Shown: positions 39,790 through 49,763, counted from the stretch's first letter. The stretch: 64,000 nucleotides of DNA from Xanthobacteraceae bacterium (GCA_051954235.1 JBQCHY010000056.1:4499-68498), one strand, 5' to 3'. Notes: generated by a model from the letters alone, not told the origin. Translations and numbers: made by a program.

Positions 39790-40717
39790 TCTTCGCCCTC
39801 CCCCACAACCGCCAGTCGCGCAGCGAGGTCAGCCCATGCGGCAGGAACAGCAACAGAAGAACGATCAGGACGCCGAGCACGCCGCTGTGGATCTGGATGT
39901 AGTTGCGCCAGACCACTTCCTCGAGGCCGAGATAGACAAACGCGCCGATGGTGACGCCCAGCGGCGATCCCAATCCGCCGATCAACGCCATCACGATCGG
40001 CTTGACCGAATAAAGAATGTCGAACACGTCCGACGGATCGATGTAGTGCACCCACGCCGCATAGACGCCGCCGGCCGCGCCGACGAAGCAGGCGGACAGA
40101 CCGAAGGCGATGCTCTTGTAAAGCGTAGTATTGAGCCCGACCATGTTGGCGGCGGTCTCGTTCTGCATGATGCAGGACAGACCGAAACCCAGCTTGGACA
40201 TCGAGACGGCGATCACCATCACGGCGGTAACGAGAAGCACGCCCCACATCAGATAGAAGAAGAACGTCGCGTCAGCCATCACGCCGGCGCTGGCCGCGAG
40301 CGGAATGTTCAGGCCCATGCCACCGCCGGTGAGATCGGTGGCGTTGTTGACGAGTTCACGGAACACCTCGATCAGCGACAGACTGGCAATGGCGAAGTAA
40401 TGGCCACGCAGACGCAGCAGAGCCGCACCGAGCAGCGCCGCGACCAGGAACGAGCCGATCCCAGCGATCGGAATCGCCGCCGTCAGCGGCATGCCACGGG
40501 CCAGCAGGACGCCGCCGATATAGGCACCCAACCCGAAAAAGGCGGCGGTCGCGAACGACGGATAGCCGGCGAAACCTCCGACCACGTTCCATGACAGCGC
40601 CATGATCGCATACATGCATGCGATAGTTCCGAGGCGCAGCGTATACGCGCCGCCGAACAGCGGCAGCGCGGCGATGCAGGCGATCAGCGCCAGCAGGATC
40701 AGGTTTGCGCGGGTCAT
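39782..40717 (-). CDS. HAAT-family ABC transporter permease, LivM-like
   Basis: This 311-aa polytopic permease has 4- and 8-nt overlaps with its neighbours. Confidence 0.9.
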   Translation of the reverse strand: MTRANLILLALIACIAALPLFGGAYTLRLGTIACMYAIMALSWNVVGGFAGYPSFATAAFFGLGAYIGGVLLARGMPLTAAIPIAGIGSFLVAALLGAALLRLRGHYFAIASLSLIEVFRELVNNATDLTGGGMGLNIPLAASAGVMADATFFFYLMWGVLLVTAVMVIAVSMSKLGFGLSCIMQNETAANMVGLNTTLYKSIAFGLSACFVGAAGGVYAAWVHYIDPSDVFDILYSVKPIVMALIGGLGSPLGVTIGAFVYLGLEEVVWRNYIQIHSGVLGVLIVLLLLFLPHGLTSLRDWRLWGRAKNV

Positions 40718-41580
40718 TCAAAACCCTTCCGGCCGAGCAAGCCCTGGGGCCTCAGAATCAGGAATACGATCAGCAGCACGAACGACAGCGTCGTCGCATG
40801 CGCCGGCCCGATCATGGCCGAACCGACGCCTTCGATCAGGGCCAGCAGGATGCCACCGGCCAACGCTCCCGACACGCTGCCAAGGCCGCCGAGCACGCAA
40901 ACCACGAAGGCCTTGCCGAGATAGGCAGTCGACGTCAGCGGCGAGATCGGAAAGATCAGCGCCATCAGCACGCCGGCGCATCCCGCCAGCGCCGCGCCCA
41001 ATCCGAACGCGATCGCATAGATCGAATTGACGTTGACCCCCATCAGCACTGCGGCATCGCGATCAAGCCGGACCGCGACAATGGCCCGCCCCACACGCAG
41101 ACGGCGCAGGATCAGATAGAGCACGAAGGTCAGCGCCAGCGCCGCGACGGTCGCGATCAGCCGATCCACCGGCACCACGACATCAAAGATTGACACCGAT
41201 CCCATCGGCGGGGTCAGCGTCAACTTTCGATAGTCGGCCTTGAAGTAATAGATCATCGCGTTGTTCAGGATCAGGTCGAGCCCGAACGTCAGCGTCAGCG
41301 TCACCAGCACCGGCGCGGTAATCACCCGGTTCAGGATGAGGCGCTGGATCACGTAGCCGAACACGAAGAACAGCGGCGCAGCCACCGCCAGCGAGTACCA
41401 AGGCGAGATATGCAGACCCTGGTACAGGCTCCATGCGAGGTAAGCGCCGAGCACGATGAAGGAGCCGTGGATCAGGTTGATGACGTTAAGAACGCCCCAG
41501 ACCAACGAGAACCCGATGGCGATGCACGCATAGAGGCAGCCCAGCACCAAGGCATTGATCAAAATCTGGGCTGCAAGCAT
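40714..41580 (-). CDS. HAAT-family ABC transporter permease, LivH-like
   Basis: The 288-aa protein has the MLAAQILINALVLGCLYACIAIGFSLVWG N-terminus typical of LivH. Confidence 0.9.
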   Translation of the reverse strand: MLAAQILINALVLGCLYACIAIGFSLVWGVLNVINLIHGSFIVLGAYLAWSLYQGLHISPWYSLAVAAPLFFVFGYVIQRLILNRVITAPVLVTLTLTFGLDLILNNAMIYYFKADYRKLTLTPPMGSVSIFDVVVPVDRLIATVAALALTFVLYLILRRLRVGRAIVAVRLDRDAAVLMGVNVNSIYAIAFGLGAALAGCAGVLMALIFPISPLTSTAYLGKAFVVCVLGGLGSVSGALAGGILLALIEGVGSAMIGPAHATTLSFVLLIVFLILRPQGLLGRKGFE

Positions 41581-41613
41581 GTCGGGTTCTCGCGCTCGAT
41601 CCGTTCGCTGACG

Positions 41614-42831
41614 TCAGTTGACGCCGAGCTTGAATTCGCCCTGTTTGATGATGTCCGGCGACAACACCACGGCCTTGCCGCCCTGCAACTGGAACACCGG
41701 CGGTTCGAGCGAATTGATCTGGCCGGTCGTACCGAACTTGACCGGACCCCAGAAGGTCATCACGTCAGTCGCGGCGAGCGCGTCACGCACCTTCTCCTTG
41801 TCGAGCGAGCCTGCCTTTTCAATCGCCATCTGGAACAGCGCGCCCGACACTGAGGCCGACGCCTGCGCGTAATCCGGATCCGACTTGAACTTCTCGCGGA
41901 ACAGTTTCACGTAATTCGCCGTCGTGCCGAAAATATCCTTGCCGTTGTACTGTGCGGCGGGGTGCCACCACGCGGCGCTGGTGATGTTCTCACCGCCCGG
42001 TCCGGCCGCATCGATGAATTCCTGATAGGCGGGACCCGCGATCATCGACACCACATCGGCCTTGATCTGCTGGTCGGTCATCTGCTTGCGCACCAGCAAC
42101 AGGTCGTTGATGTAACCGGTGACGAATATCCACTGCGGCGCCTGGGTCTTGATCTGCGACAGCGTCGCGGAATGGTCCAGCGTACCGATGGCGTACTTCT
42201 CGAAGTAGACCACTTCGAATCCATTGGCCTTCGCCGACTTCTCCATTTCCTGCGCGATCGCCAGCGGGAACAGATCGTTGCGCGCGAGGATCGCGACCTT
42301 CTTCACGTTGGGCGCTTTCGCCTTGACGATCTTGGTCAGCGGCGTGGTCAGCGTGTCGTTGGGCGTGAAGGTGCCGAACAGATACTTATAGCCTTGGTCG
42401 TAAACCTGTGCCGACGATGCGGTCGATGCAATGGTCGGCATCTTGTAGCGCTCGGAGACGCTGCTCGCCGCCTTGGCAGCGCCGGAGCCGAACGGGCTGA
42501 ACATGAAGTTCACACCGCCCTGGCTGATCATCTGTTCCGTCGTCTGCACGGCGCGCGGCGTGTTGGACTGATAGTCCGAATAGACGATCTCGACTTTGTA
42601 TTTCTTGCCGCCGACCGCGATGCCGCCCGCCTTGTTGACCTGCTCGGCCCACAAATCGTAGCCCTGCTGTTGCTTGATGGCTTCCGGCGCCAGTGGCCCC
42701 GTCAGCGGCAATGGGGCGCCGAACTTGATGACGTCCTGCGCGAGCGCGGCGGATGCAGACAGCGCCAAGCCCGCCGCCACAAGAAGCGAACTTGGCAGTC
42801 GCGCATAGCGGAGCAGAAAACCAGCCATCAT
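41614..42831 (-). CDS. Periplasmic ligand-binding protein of the Liv/HAAT family (type 1 PBP)
   Basis: The start is taken at MMAGFLL (AGGA RBS). It has a signal peptide ending ASAALA-QD and an IKFGAPLPLTGPLA motif. Confidence 0.85.
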   Translation of the reverse strand: MMAGFLLRYARLPSSLLVAAGLALSASAALAQDVIKFGAPLPLTGPLAPEAIKQQQGYDLWAEQVNKAGGIAVGGKKYKVEIVYSDYQSNTPRAVQTTEQMISQGGVNFMFSPFGSGAAKAASSVSERYKMPTIASTASSAQVYDQGYKYLFGTFTPNDTLTTPLTKIVKAKAPNVKKVAILARNDLFPLAIAQEMEKSAKANGFEVVYFEKYAIGTLDHSATLSQIKTQAPQWIFVTGYINDLLLVRKQMTDQQIKADVVSMIAGPAYQEFIDAAGPGGENITSAAWWHPAAQYNGKDIFGTTANYVKLFREKFKSDPDYAQASASVSGALFQMAIEKAGSLDKEKVRDALAATDVMTFWGPVKFGTTGQINSLEPPVFQLQGGKAVVLSPDIIKQGEFKLGVN

Positions 42832-42887
42832 CGGGATCCTCCATGGGTCGAACGCATTGCTTTGCGCGAAGCATGGCAAATCCAAAT

Positions 42888-42913
42888 TTCGAATAAAAGC
42901 ATTGAAATTCGAA
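42888..42913. promoter_or_regulatory. Candidate LysR-type operator: TTCGAAT-N12-ATTCGAA inverted repeat
   Basis: These perfect 7-bp arms lie in the 168-bp divergent region between the LysR gene and the liv-type operon. No experimental support. Confidence 0.25.
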
Positions 42914-42999
42914 GCGATCGATCTGAAAATTAGAACGTTGTGCAACGCAGCGATCACTTTTTGATCTTACCTGAAAATACCGTCAAAGGACTGAAACGC

Positions 43000-43902
43000 A
43001 TGATTGAATCGACGTCGATCCGATATTTCCGGGAGGTCACCGAACGCGGCTCGATCAAGCAGGCGGCTGAATCGCTTCGCATTGCGCCAAGCGCCATCAG
43101 TCGGCAGATTCAGGGACTCGAGGGCGAACTGTCGGCCAAGCTGTTCGAGCGCGGCGCCCGCGGCATGAGCCTGACGGATGCCGGAAACCTGCTCTATCGC
43201 TACGCGATCGAAAACCAGACCCGGCTGGAGCGCATCCGCGCACAGGTCGAAGAATTCGATTCGCTTCAGCGCGGCCACGTCAAGATCGCGACGGTCGAGG
43301 GTTTGCTCGCCAGCTTTCTATCGGAGTTCATCGCCAACCTGGATCGCGACCACCCCGGCATTTCGACCTCTCTCACGACAGTCGGATCGCGCGCCGTCGC
43401 CGACATGATCAGCCGGCACGAGGTCGATCTCGGCTTCGTCTTCGGCCGCGCTCCGCGCCGCGACCTGATCGAACTGGCGCATATGCGGCAATCGCTGTGC
43501 GTGATGGTGGCGCCGGATCACAGCCTAGCGAGCAAACGATCCTGCACGATCAAGGATTGCGCCGGATTGCGCGTGGTGCTGCCGGACCCGTCGTTCGGTA
43601 TTCGACAGGAGATCGATCGCGCCTGCGCGCAGGCGAACGTCCAGCTCGAACTCTGCAACGAAACCAACTCGCTGGCCTTCGCCCGCGCTGCCGTCGCTCA
43701 AACCGGGCTCGCGACATTCCTGCCGCGCGAAGCCGCGATGCCTGAATTGATGGCCGGCACATTAATCGCCGTTCCACTCCGCGATAAGCGACTCGAGGCA
43801 ACGCAGGTCACACTCGTTCAACTGGCCTCGCGCAGCGTCTCGCCATCCGCGGCGTACATCGCTCAACGGCTCGTCGTCTGCATGAAGGACCGCAGCAATT
43901 GA
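43000..43902 (+). CDS. LysR-family transcriptional regulator
   Basis: It has the N-terminal HTH IRYFREVTERGSIKQAAESLRIAPSAISRQIQGLE. The start is taken at MIESTS. Confidence 0.9.
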   Translation: MIESTSIRYFREVTERGSIKQAAESLRIAPSAISRQIQGLEGELSAKLFERGARGMSLTDAGNLLYRYAIENQTRLERIRAQVEEFDSLQRGHVKIATVEGLLASFLSEFIANLDRDHPGISTSLTTVGSRAVADMISRHEVDLGFVFGRAPRRDLIELAHMRQSLCVMVAPDHSLASKRSCTIKDCAGLRVVLPDPSFGIRQEIDRACAQANVQLELCNETNSLAFARAAVAQTGLATFLPREAAMPELMAGTLIAVPLRDKRLEATQVTLVQLASRSVSPSAAYIAQRLVVCMKDRSN

Positions 43903-43915
43903 CGCTGCCGCTCGA

Positions 43916-44710
43916 TCATTCGCCCTTCCACACCGGCTTGCGTTTGGTGAGGAATGCCTCCATGCCCTCGCGGAAGTCAGCACTCATATAGGCTTTGAGG
44001 ATCAAGTCCTCACCTTCATCACGCGAAAGGTTCGGGCGCAACCGGCGCACCGCTTCCTTGGTGACTTCCAGCGTCAGTGGCGCGTGGCCCGCCAGCAGTT
44101 GCGCTAACTCGCCAGCACGACGCTGCAACGCATCGACATCCGGCACCACTTCATTGAGCAGGCCGAGCGCCAGCGCTTCCGGCGCTTCGATCAGCCGCGC
44201 CGTGAAGATGATATCCTTGGTGCGCGCGGAACCGAGTAGTGCGACCAGACGGCTGATATTTGACATCGACAGGCAATTGCCGAGCGTTCGCGCGATGGGG
44301 AAACCGATCCGCGCCGATGCGGTGCCGATCCGCATATCGCAGCAGGCGGCAAGACCCGCGCCGCCCCCGGTGCAGGCGCCGGCGATGGCCGCGATGGTCG
44401 GCACCCGGCAGGATTCCAGTGCGCCGAACACCCGGTCGATCCGTGCTTCGTAGTCCAGGGAATCTTGCGGCGATTTGAAGGCGCGAAATTGCGAGATATC
44501 GGTGCCGGAGGCGAACGCCTTATCCCCGGCCCCGGTCAGGATCAGCACCTTGATCGAGGGGTCGGTGTTGGCCGTCTGGCAGATTTCGGCCAGCCGCTCG
44601 TACATCGCGAACGTCATGGCGTTGCGCGCCTGCGGCCGGTTGAAGGTGATACGGCCTATGCCGTCGGTCACGGTGTAGAGCAGATCGTCGTTGGAGTCGG
44701 TTGCAGTCAT
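43916..44710 (-). CDS. Enoyl-CoA hydratase/isomerase (crotonase) family protein
   Basis: It has GRITFNRPQARNAMT, LTGAGDKAFASGTDI and GACTGGGAGLAACCD motifs. The start is taken at MTATDS. Confidence 0.9.
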   Translation of the reverse strand: MTATDSNDDLLYTVTDGIGRITFNRPQARNAMTFAMYERLAEICQTANTDPSIKVLILTGAGDKAFASGTDISQFRAFKSPQDSLDYEARIDRVFGALESCRVPTIAAIAGACTGGGAGLAACCDMRIGTASARIGFPIARTLGNCLSMSNISRLVALLGSARTKDIIFTARLIEAPEALALGLLNEVVPDVDALQRRAGELAQLLAGHAPLTLEVTKEAVRRLRPNLSRDEGEDLILKAYMSADFREGMEAFLTKRKPVWKGE

Positions 44711-44832
44711 AAGGTTTTGCTTGGAATGCCGCGGTGAAATGTCCTCCGCTGGTAGCACACATCGCCACCGCTGTCCCCTCGACAACGCATCCGCCAATTC
44801 GTAAATCACGGGGTTGGAAGGGGAATCACATC

Positions 44833-45264
44833 ATGACCGATCTCACGCTCGAAGCCGCCCGCAAGATTGTCGACGTCGCGCTCGCCAAGGGCCTTGAGAA
44901 AAAGCTCAACCCGCTGGCCGTCGCGGTGCTGGACGCGCGGGGTAGCCTGAAGGCTTTCGCGGCGCAGGACGGCACCAGCCTGAAGCGCGGCGAAGTCGCG
45001 CATGGCAAGGCCTACGGCGCGCTGTCGCTGGGCATGGGCTCGCGCGCGCTGTTCAAGCGGGCGCAGGAACAGGCCTACTTCATCGGCGCGGTAAACACGA
45101 TGCTTCAAGGCGCGTTGGTGCCGGTTCCCGGCGGCGTGCTGATCCTTGATGCCAACGGCAGCCTGCTCGGCGCTGTGGGCATCAGCGGCGACACCTCCGA
45201 TAACGACGAGGCCTGCGCCATTGCTGGCATCGAGGCGACGGGTTTCACGGCTAACGCGGGATAA
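44833..45264 (+). CDS. GlcG/HbpS-like (DUF336) protein
   Basis: It has LTLEAARKIVD...AVAVLDARG...GGVLI...GAVGISGDTSDNDEACA. The start is taken at MTDLT. Confidence 0.8.
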   Translation: MTDLTLEAARKIVDVALAKGLEKKLNPLAVAVLDARGSLKAFAAQDGTSLKRGEVAHGKAYGALSLGMGSRALFKRAQEQAYFIGAVNTMLQGALVPVPGGVLILDANGSLLGAVGISGDTSDNDEACAIAGIEATGFTANAG

Positions 45265-45386
45265 CGGAACTACGCGTTGAGCAGATTTCATGATCTGAGT
45301 TCATCGTTATCAACGAACTCAGGTGTAAAGCTCATCGTCCCATTGAGATAAACGAATATCGTTCAACGCGTGGCGTCATAGTTATC

Positions 45387-45413
45387 CCCACGCCGGCGGC
45401 TGGCCGGCGTGGG
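45387..45413. terminator. GC-rich hairpin between convergent genes (CCCACGCCGGC-GGCTG-GCCGGCGTGGG)
   Basis: An 11-bp perfect stem was read from the sequence. No adjacent T/A run is present, so terminator function is uncertain. Confidence 0.3.
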
Positions 45414-45433
45414 AAGCTGGGCACTCAGATGCG

Positions 45434-46762
45434 TTAGCTGCGATAGGCGCTGGCCAGCAGCGACTCGTTCAGCCAACTCGAGGCATGAGGCGCGGTCGTA
45501 GCGATCTGACCGGAATCGGCACGCCCTTGATATCCGCCCGCAAGAGACTGACTCAGGAGGGCGAAGCTCTGGCTATGGTTATGGCCTCCGTATGGCGAAG
45601 ACCAGCCACCCGAGGCCGGAGGATCCGTCACAGTGATGGTCTGCGTTCCCGAAGTCGCAGTAGCACCGCTCACGGGATCCCGTCCGGTCGCGCTTACCGA
45701 GAGCGTCGCGGTCGGGCTGCCCGAGCCGCGATAGGCTGAGTTCAGCACCAGCCCACCCTCGACTTGCGCGGCGGTAAAGGTGATGTTCTTGCCCGAGAAC
45801 GTCTGGCCATCGAGATTAGACGTGATTGACTCGTAACTCGGCAACCCGCGAATATTGACGCTGACGATATCATTTTTGTCGGTCGTCGAAACACCGAGCC
45901 CGAGGTCGACATGGCCACCAGGCTGAACCGAGAGCGTGTTGTCCGCCACGTAGACAGACGGTTTCGTCGCGACCGAGGTCGCCGGCGGCGTCGTGACCTC
46001 AGGCGGTGTGACTGGCGTGGTCGTGACTGGAGGAGTGGTTACCACCGGCGCAGTTGGATCCTCCGTCACGGACGTCAGGCCGGGCGGCGGATCGGCCTGC
46101 AAGCTCGCGGGACTCATCGAACTGAAATAAAGGGTTTTGTAGTCGGTCGTCAATTTCACCCAATCGCTCATTCCGGGCGACGGATTGTTGGCGAATCCAT
46201 CGACGTAGGGAGCGGTGGAGCTGCGCCACCAATCGGCGCCGATATTGGCCACGAGGTTAGCGTTCGGATCGTTGGTCTTCATCTGCGCTTCGACGAAAAC
46301 ACCATCGATGGTCCCGGCCCCGTACGTCCCGCGCGCGCCCGGCCAGAAATGGTCGTTATATCCGCTTCTCGGCGCATCCATCGTCATGCTGCCGTCCGCC
46401 AGCGTCGCCTCGTTCCACGCGACGTTGGCGACACCGGAAAAATCGGCGGTGTAATGCGCGCCGTCGATCGGGTTTGTCGACTGATCCTGCACCAAAACCC
46501 AACCACCATTCGTGAGATGCACGTAGGTTTTGAAGTTGGCTACCTGAACATTGGCACTTGTATTGGTCGTAGCTGCCGCGCCGGCCTCTGGATAAACCTG
46601 TCCCCAACCGGTGACAGACGTGAAATCGGACGGAGGCTTGTCTCCCACGATGGTATTGGTTCCGCTGTACCAATCGTAGCCTTGCGGAACGCCTAACGGG
46701 AAACCCTCGCTATTACCAATGGTGTTTTGATAGATTGCATCAGTCAACGGGCTTGTTGCCAT
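45434..46762 (-). CDS. Unknown-fold protein, paralog 1: N-terminal domain shared with 49810-50727, a Thr/Pro linker and an adhesin-type Ig-like module; no N-terminal signal peptide
   Basis: The start at MATSPL has an AAGGAG RBS. A TTPPVTTTPVTPPEVTTPP linker lies at 45965-46090. The C-terminal VSVNIRGLPSYESI...ITFTAAQVEGGLVL...ATLSVSATG resembles repeat modules of alphaproteobacterial secreted adhesins. Confidence 0.65.
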   Translation of the reverse strand: MATSPLTDAIYQNTIGNSEGFPLGVPQGYDWYSGTNTIVGDKPPSDFTSVTGWGQVYPEAGAAATTNTSANVQVANFKTYVHLTNGGWVLVQDQSTNPIDGAHYTADFSGVANVAWNEATLADGSMTMDAPRSGYNDHFWPGARGTYGAGTIDGVFVEAQMKTNDPNANLVANIGADWWRSSTAPYVDGFANNPSPGMSDWVKLTTDYKTLYFSSMSPASLQADPPPGLTSVTEDPTAPVVTTPPVTTTPVTPPEVTTPPATSVATKPSVYVADNTLSVQPGGHVDLGLGVSTTDKNDIVSVNIRGLPSYESITSNLDGQTFSGKNITFTAAQVEGGLVLNSAYRGSGSPTATLSVSATGRDPVSGATATSGTQTITVTDPPASGGWSSPYGGHNHSQSFALLSQSLAGGYQGRADSGQIATTAPHASSWLNESLLASAYRS

Positions 46763-47068
46763 CCATACTGCTCCTTTGCAGGTCAAAGTTGAAGATGCGA
46801 AATTCCACATGCAAGTCGAAGATGTGAGATCCCGCCTCCACGCGAATGCGTACATCGCGTTGCTTACTCACAACCCCCGTTGTGAGCAGGCTTCAAGCAG
46901 TGGGTTTGGAATGAGAATCACCGCCCCCCAACTGCCATCATGGCTTGGTATTTAGGGAGTGTGGCGAAAAAATCTTCAAAGTGGGATTTATCTACGTGTA
47001 AGTAACAGCCGGGCGCGAAGTAATAGCGCCTTCTTACATTGCGGTGCTTCTCGACGATCTAAAACTCG

Positions 47069-48322
47069 CTAGGATCGCGTGTTTGTTTGACTTCCACCGC
47101 CCGCGGACAATTTCCAGTTGTCTGTTAACAACTCAGAAGAGTGCTGCACCGCGACATGCTTCGTCCACATGTGTTTGATCCACATGCGGACAGCGTCGGT
47201 ATGCCGCTCGAAGAGAAAGTAGAATGCAACCGCAAGTAACAAGCACGGCACGGTGAATGTCAGGTCGAGCCCGATCGATCCAATGGTGAAATCATGCGGA
47301 TTGTCGCTCATGACATTGAGAAACACGAGCATCGGATAATGTATCGCGTAGAGCGAGAAACTCCACTTCGCCGTCTCTTTTCCGAAACGCAAAAATGACG
47401 GTAGTTCGACGTTCCTAAATTCCATCCCGACGATTGCGGCTGCGGTGACCAAGCCGATGATGAGATCCTTCGCGGCCCATGGCGCGAGTAATCCCGCATG
47501 GGCAACGATGGCGGTGCCCACCACGCCGGCGACAAAGAGCACCGACCACAGCAGAATCGGCACTGAAATGGCGTAAATAACAGTCCCGAGCGACCATATC
47601 AGAAAATAGAAAAAGAACTTCAGTCCCGTATGATATCCAAGCTTATCGGAGTGCTCCGCGAAGGCGAACAGGAAGAAAATCACCACGATCAGAAGACCCC
47701 ACAAGGACGATCTGCGAACCGACAGGAATGCGAAGATCAGCAGGTAGTACCAGAACTCGTTGGACAAGCTCCACAAAGCCATATTGCCCGCAAACATCGA
47801 GCAACTGATTGTCTGCAGGAATAGCATATTGCACGAGGCGGTCGCGGGGCCGTAGCTGGCTGTAAAGATCATGAAGCCTTGCTCGAGGTGCCGGTGAGCG
47901 TTCACGAACACCTGCCATCCACTCGCATACCGGGCAGAGACGAAGAAAAGCAAGGACAGCACCAGCGCGGGTATCAGCACCACATACAACCGTGCTGCGC
48001 GCGCAGACAAATAGTCGACGCCGTTGAGTCTTCCCATACTGGCGCGAACCAGCGCTGGCCCGCCCACCAGATAGCCGCTGAGGACAAAGAACACGATGAC
48101 GGCGGACGGCCCTTGCGCGCTGAGGCTCCACAAAACAGAGTACGCATACACGATCGCCGAACCGTAGCTTTCGGCGGGAAGTTGCTCCTGGAAAAGCAAT
48201 TGATACGAATGGAAGAGCACGACCTCAATGGCAGCCAGCCCGCGCACCAGATCCAGCCAATCGGAAAGGGCAGAAGACACTCCCGTCTTTGACCGGAGAT
48301 GGATCATGTCTCTTCTCGCCAT
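47069..48322 (-). CDS. Acyltransferase-3 family membrane O-acyltransferase (ExoZ/OafA/NodX-like, no SGNH domain)
   Basis: It has WLDLVRGLAAIEVVLFH (catalytic His region) and about 10 TMs. The start may be the second Met at 48307, which has a purine-rich RBS. Confidence 0.8.
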   Translation of the reverse strand: MARRDMIHLRSKTGVSSALSDWLDLVRGLAAIEVVLFHSYQLLFQEQLPAESYGSAIVYAYSVLWSLSAQGPSAVIVFFVLSGYLVGGPALVRASMGRLNGVDYLSARAARLYVVLIPALVLSLLFFVSARYASGWQVFVNAHRHLEQGFMIFTASYGPATASCNMLFLQTISCSMFAGNMALWSLSNEFWYYLLIFAFLSVRRSSLWGLLIVVIFFLFAFAEHSDKLGYHTGLKFFFYFLIWSLGTVIYAISVPILLWSVLFVAGVVGTAIVAHAGLLAPWAAKDLIIGLVTAAAIVGMEFRNVELPSFLRFGKETAKWSFSLYAIHYPMLVFLNVMSDNPHDFTIGSIGLDLTFTVPCLLLAVAFYFLFERHTDAVRMWIKHMWTKHVAVQHSSELLTDNWKLSAGGGSQTNTRS

Positions 48323-48405
48323 CGAACTCGACAGGCCTGCGCGTCAAACGCGCAAATCGCCATTCCAGAATGGCCCTAAATAGATACGTGCCAGATACTT
48401 GGAAG

Positions 48406-48419
48406 TTGACGACCATCAA
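48406..48419. promoter_or_regulatory. FNR/FixK-type box TTGACGACCATCAA
   Basis: It matches TTGAT-N4-ATCAA at 9/10 positions and TTGA-N6-TCAA perfectly. It lies in the divergent region 84-99 bp upstream of the acyltransferase start. A TATTTA -10-like hexamer on the minus strand (48377-48382) sits at class-II spacing. Confidence 0.45.
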
Positions 48420-48689
48420 AACGGCGGTCGGTTTTTATCTTCTAGATATTGCAATGAAAGCGAGTGTCCTGGCCGTTCTGCGTGCTCGCCAACTCCAGAC
48501 AACAACGTTCGCGCGTCGAGATGCCAGCGATAACGATGCAAATGGTCACGGTTCGTCATCCGGCGAGAGCGTGGAAGTCTTTCGGTTACAGCGAGGCACC
48601 CCGAAGTCAAAGGACTGAACAGCAATAGTTTCCATTCTGCAAATCACGCGAGCGATTTCCATCAAAGCAAATTTCGAGGCTAGTCGCAG

Positions 48690-49763
48690 ATGACCTTTCA
48701 TGCTGGAGATATGGTTCAAATTCGCAGCAAGCAGGAAATCCTTGCCACGCTCGACAAGAGCGGCCGCCTGGAAGGGCTTCCGTTCATGCCGCAGATGTTC
48801 AAGTACTGCGGCAAGTCGTTCAAGATTTTCAAGGTCGCGCACAAGACCTGTGACACCGTCAACGGCACGGGCGGACGTCGGCTTCCCGGCGGTATCCATC
48901 TCGATCTTCGCTGCGACGGCCAGGCCTACGGCGGTTGCCAGGCCGCGTGTCTGATCTTCTGGAAGGAGGCGTGGCTGAAGCCGGTCTCCGACGCCTCCAT
49001 TGCGGCCGAGCCAGTGCCGGTGCCGCAATCTCCGACAGTCACGCCGATGAACGGCTGTTTGGAAAGCGACGTGTTGCGCGCGACCTCGGTAACAAGCGAT
49101 GGCGAGGAAGCGTATCAGTGCCAAGCCGTGCGCCTGCCCTACTTCACGCGCCTGCTTCCCTGGTGGCGACCGGACCAGTACATCGCCGATTATCTCTCCG
49201 GCAACGTGAACCTTCGCAAGATCTTCAAGGGTCTGATCTACACCGTGTACACCAAGGGAACCAGAGCCTACCATCCGTTCCTCGGGCGACCCGGCCGCTG
49301 GTTCTACAATTGGGTTCAAGCACGGCGCGGCGGCACGCCCTACCCCCGGCAGCGCGGCCGACTTCCGGCGGGCGAAGCCGCCCCTATCGTCGAGCTCAAC
49401 TTGCAACCCGGCGAGCTTGTTCGCACAAAATCCTATGAAGAGATTCTCACGACGGTGAATTTCCAGAACATGAATCGAGGCCTCTTTTTCGATGGAGAGA
49501 TGGTCCCCTATTGCGGCGGCACCTACCGCGTCAAAGCGCGCGTCTCGAAGTTCATCGATGAGAAAACCGGAAAAATGAGATACATGAAGACACCCGGCGT
49601 AATTCTCGAAGACGTCTGGTGCGGGTCATGCTTCAGCACCCGGCGAATGTTTTGCCCACGCGCAATCTATTCGTGGTGGCGTGAGGCCTGGCTGGAACGC
49701 GTTGAAGAAGCACCAGAGATGCTTCACACTCCCACCGTGGCGAAGAGCAACGCGAACGCATGA
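48690..49763 (+). CDS. Cys-rich protein with an internal tandem duplication, function unknown
   Basis: Residues 3-98 and 238-337 align: GD.V.I.S..EIL.TL......GL.F...M..YCG....V........ then a Cys cluster and FWKEAWLKPV / WWREAWLERV. I recognise no family. Confidence 0.65.
   Translation: MTFHAGDMVQIRSKQEILATLDKSGRLEGLPFMPQMFKYCGKSFKIFKVAHKTCDTVNGTGGRRLPGGIHLDLRCDGQAYGGCQAACLIFWKEAWLKPVSDASIAAEPVPVPQSPTVTPMNGCLESDVLRATSVTSDGEEAYQCQAVRLPYFTRLLPWWRPDQYIADYLSGNVNLRKIFKGLIYTVYTKGTRAYHPFLGRPGRWFYNWVQARRGGTPYPRQRGRLPAGEAAPIVELNLQPGELVRTKSYEEILTTVNFQNMNRGLFFDGEMVPYCGGTYRVKARVSKFIDEKTGKMRYMKTPGVILEDVWCGSCFSTRRMFCPRAIYSWWREAWLERVEEAPEMLHTPTVAKSNANA

Noticed and set aside
39046-39954. A 302-aa plus-strand ORF antisense to the LivG/LivM-like genes. 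Similar long antisense ORFs lie at 36071-36622, 37575-38513, 41962-42933, 45911-46696, 48546-49406, 49876-50706, 56009-56683 and 56727-57917.
   Set aside because: Each lies opposite a gene with clear family motifs. Their translations are Arg/Gly/Asp/His-rich and low in complexity with no recognisable motifs. Long stop-free antisense frames are expected in GC-rich DNA.
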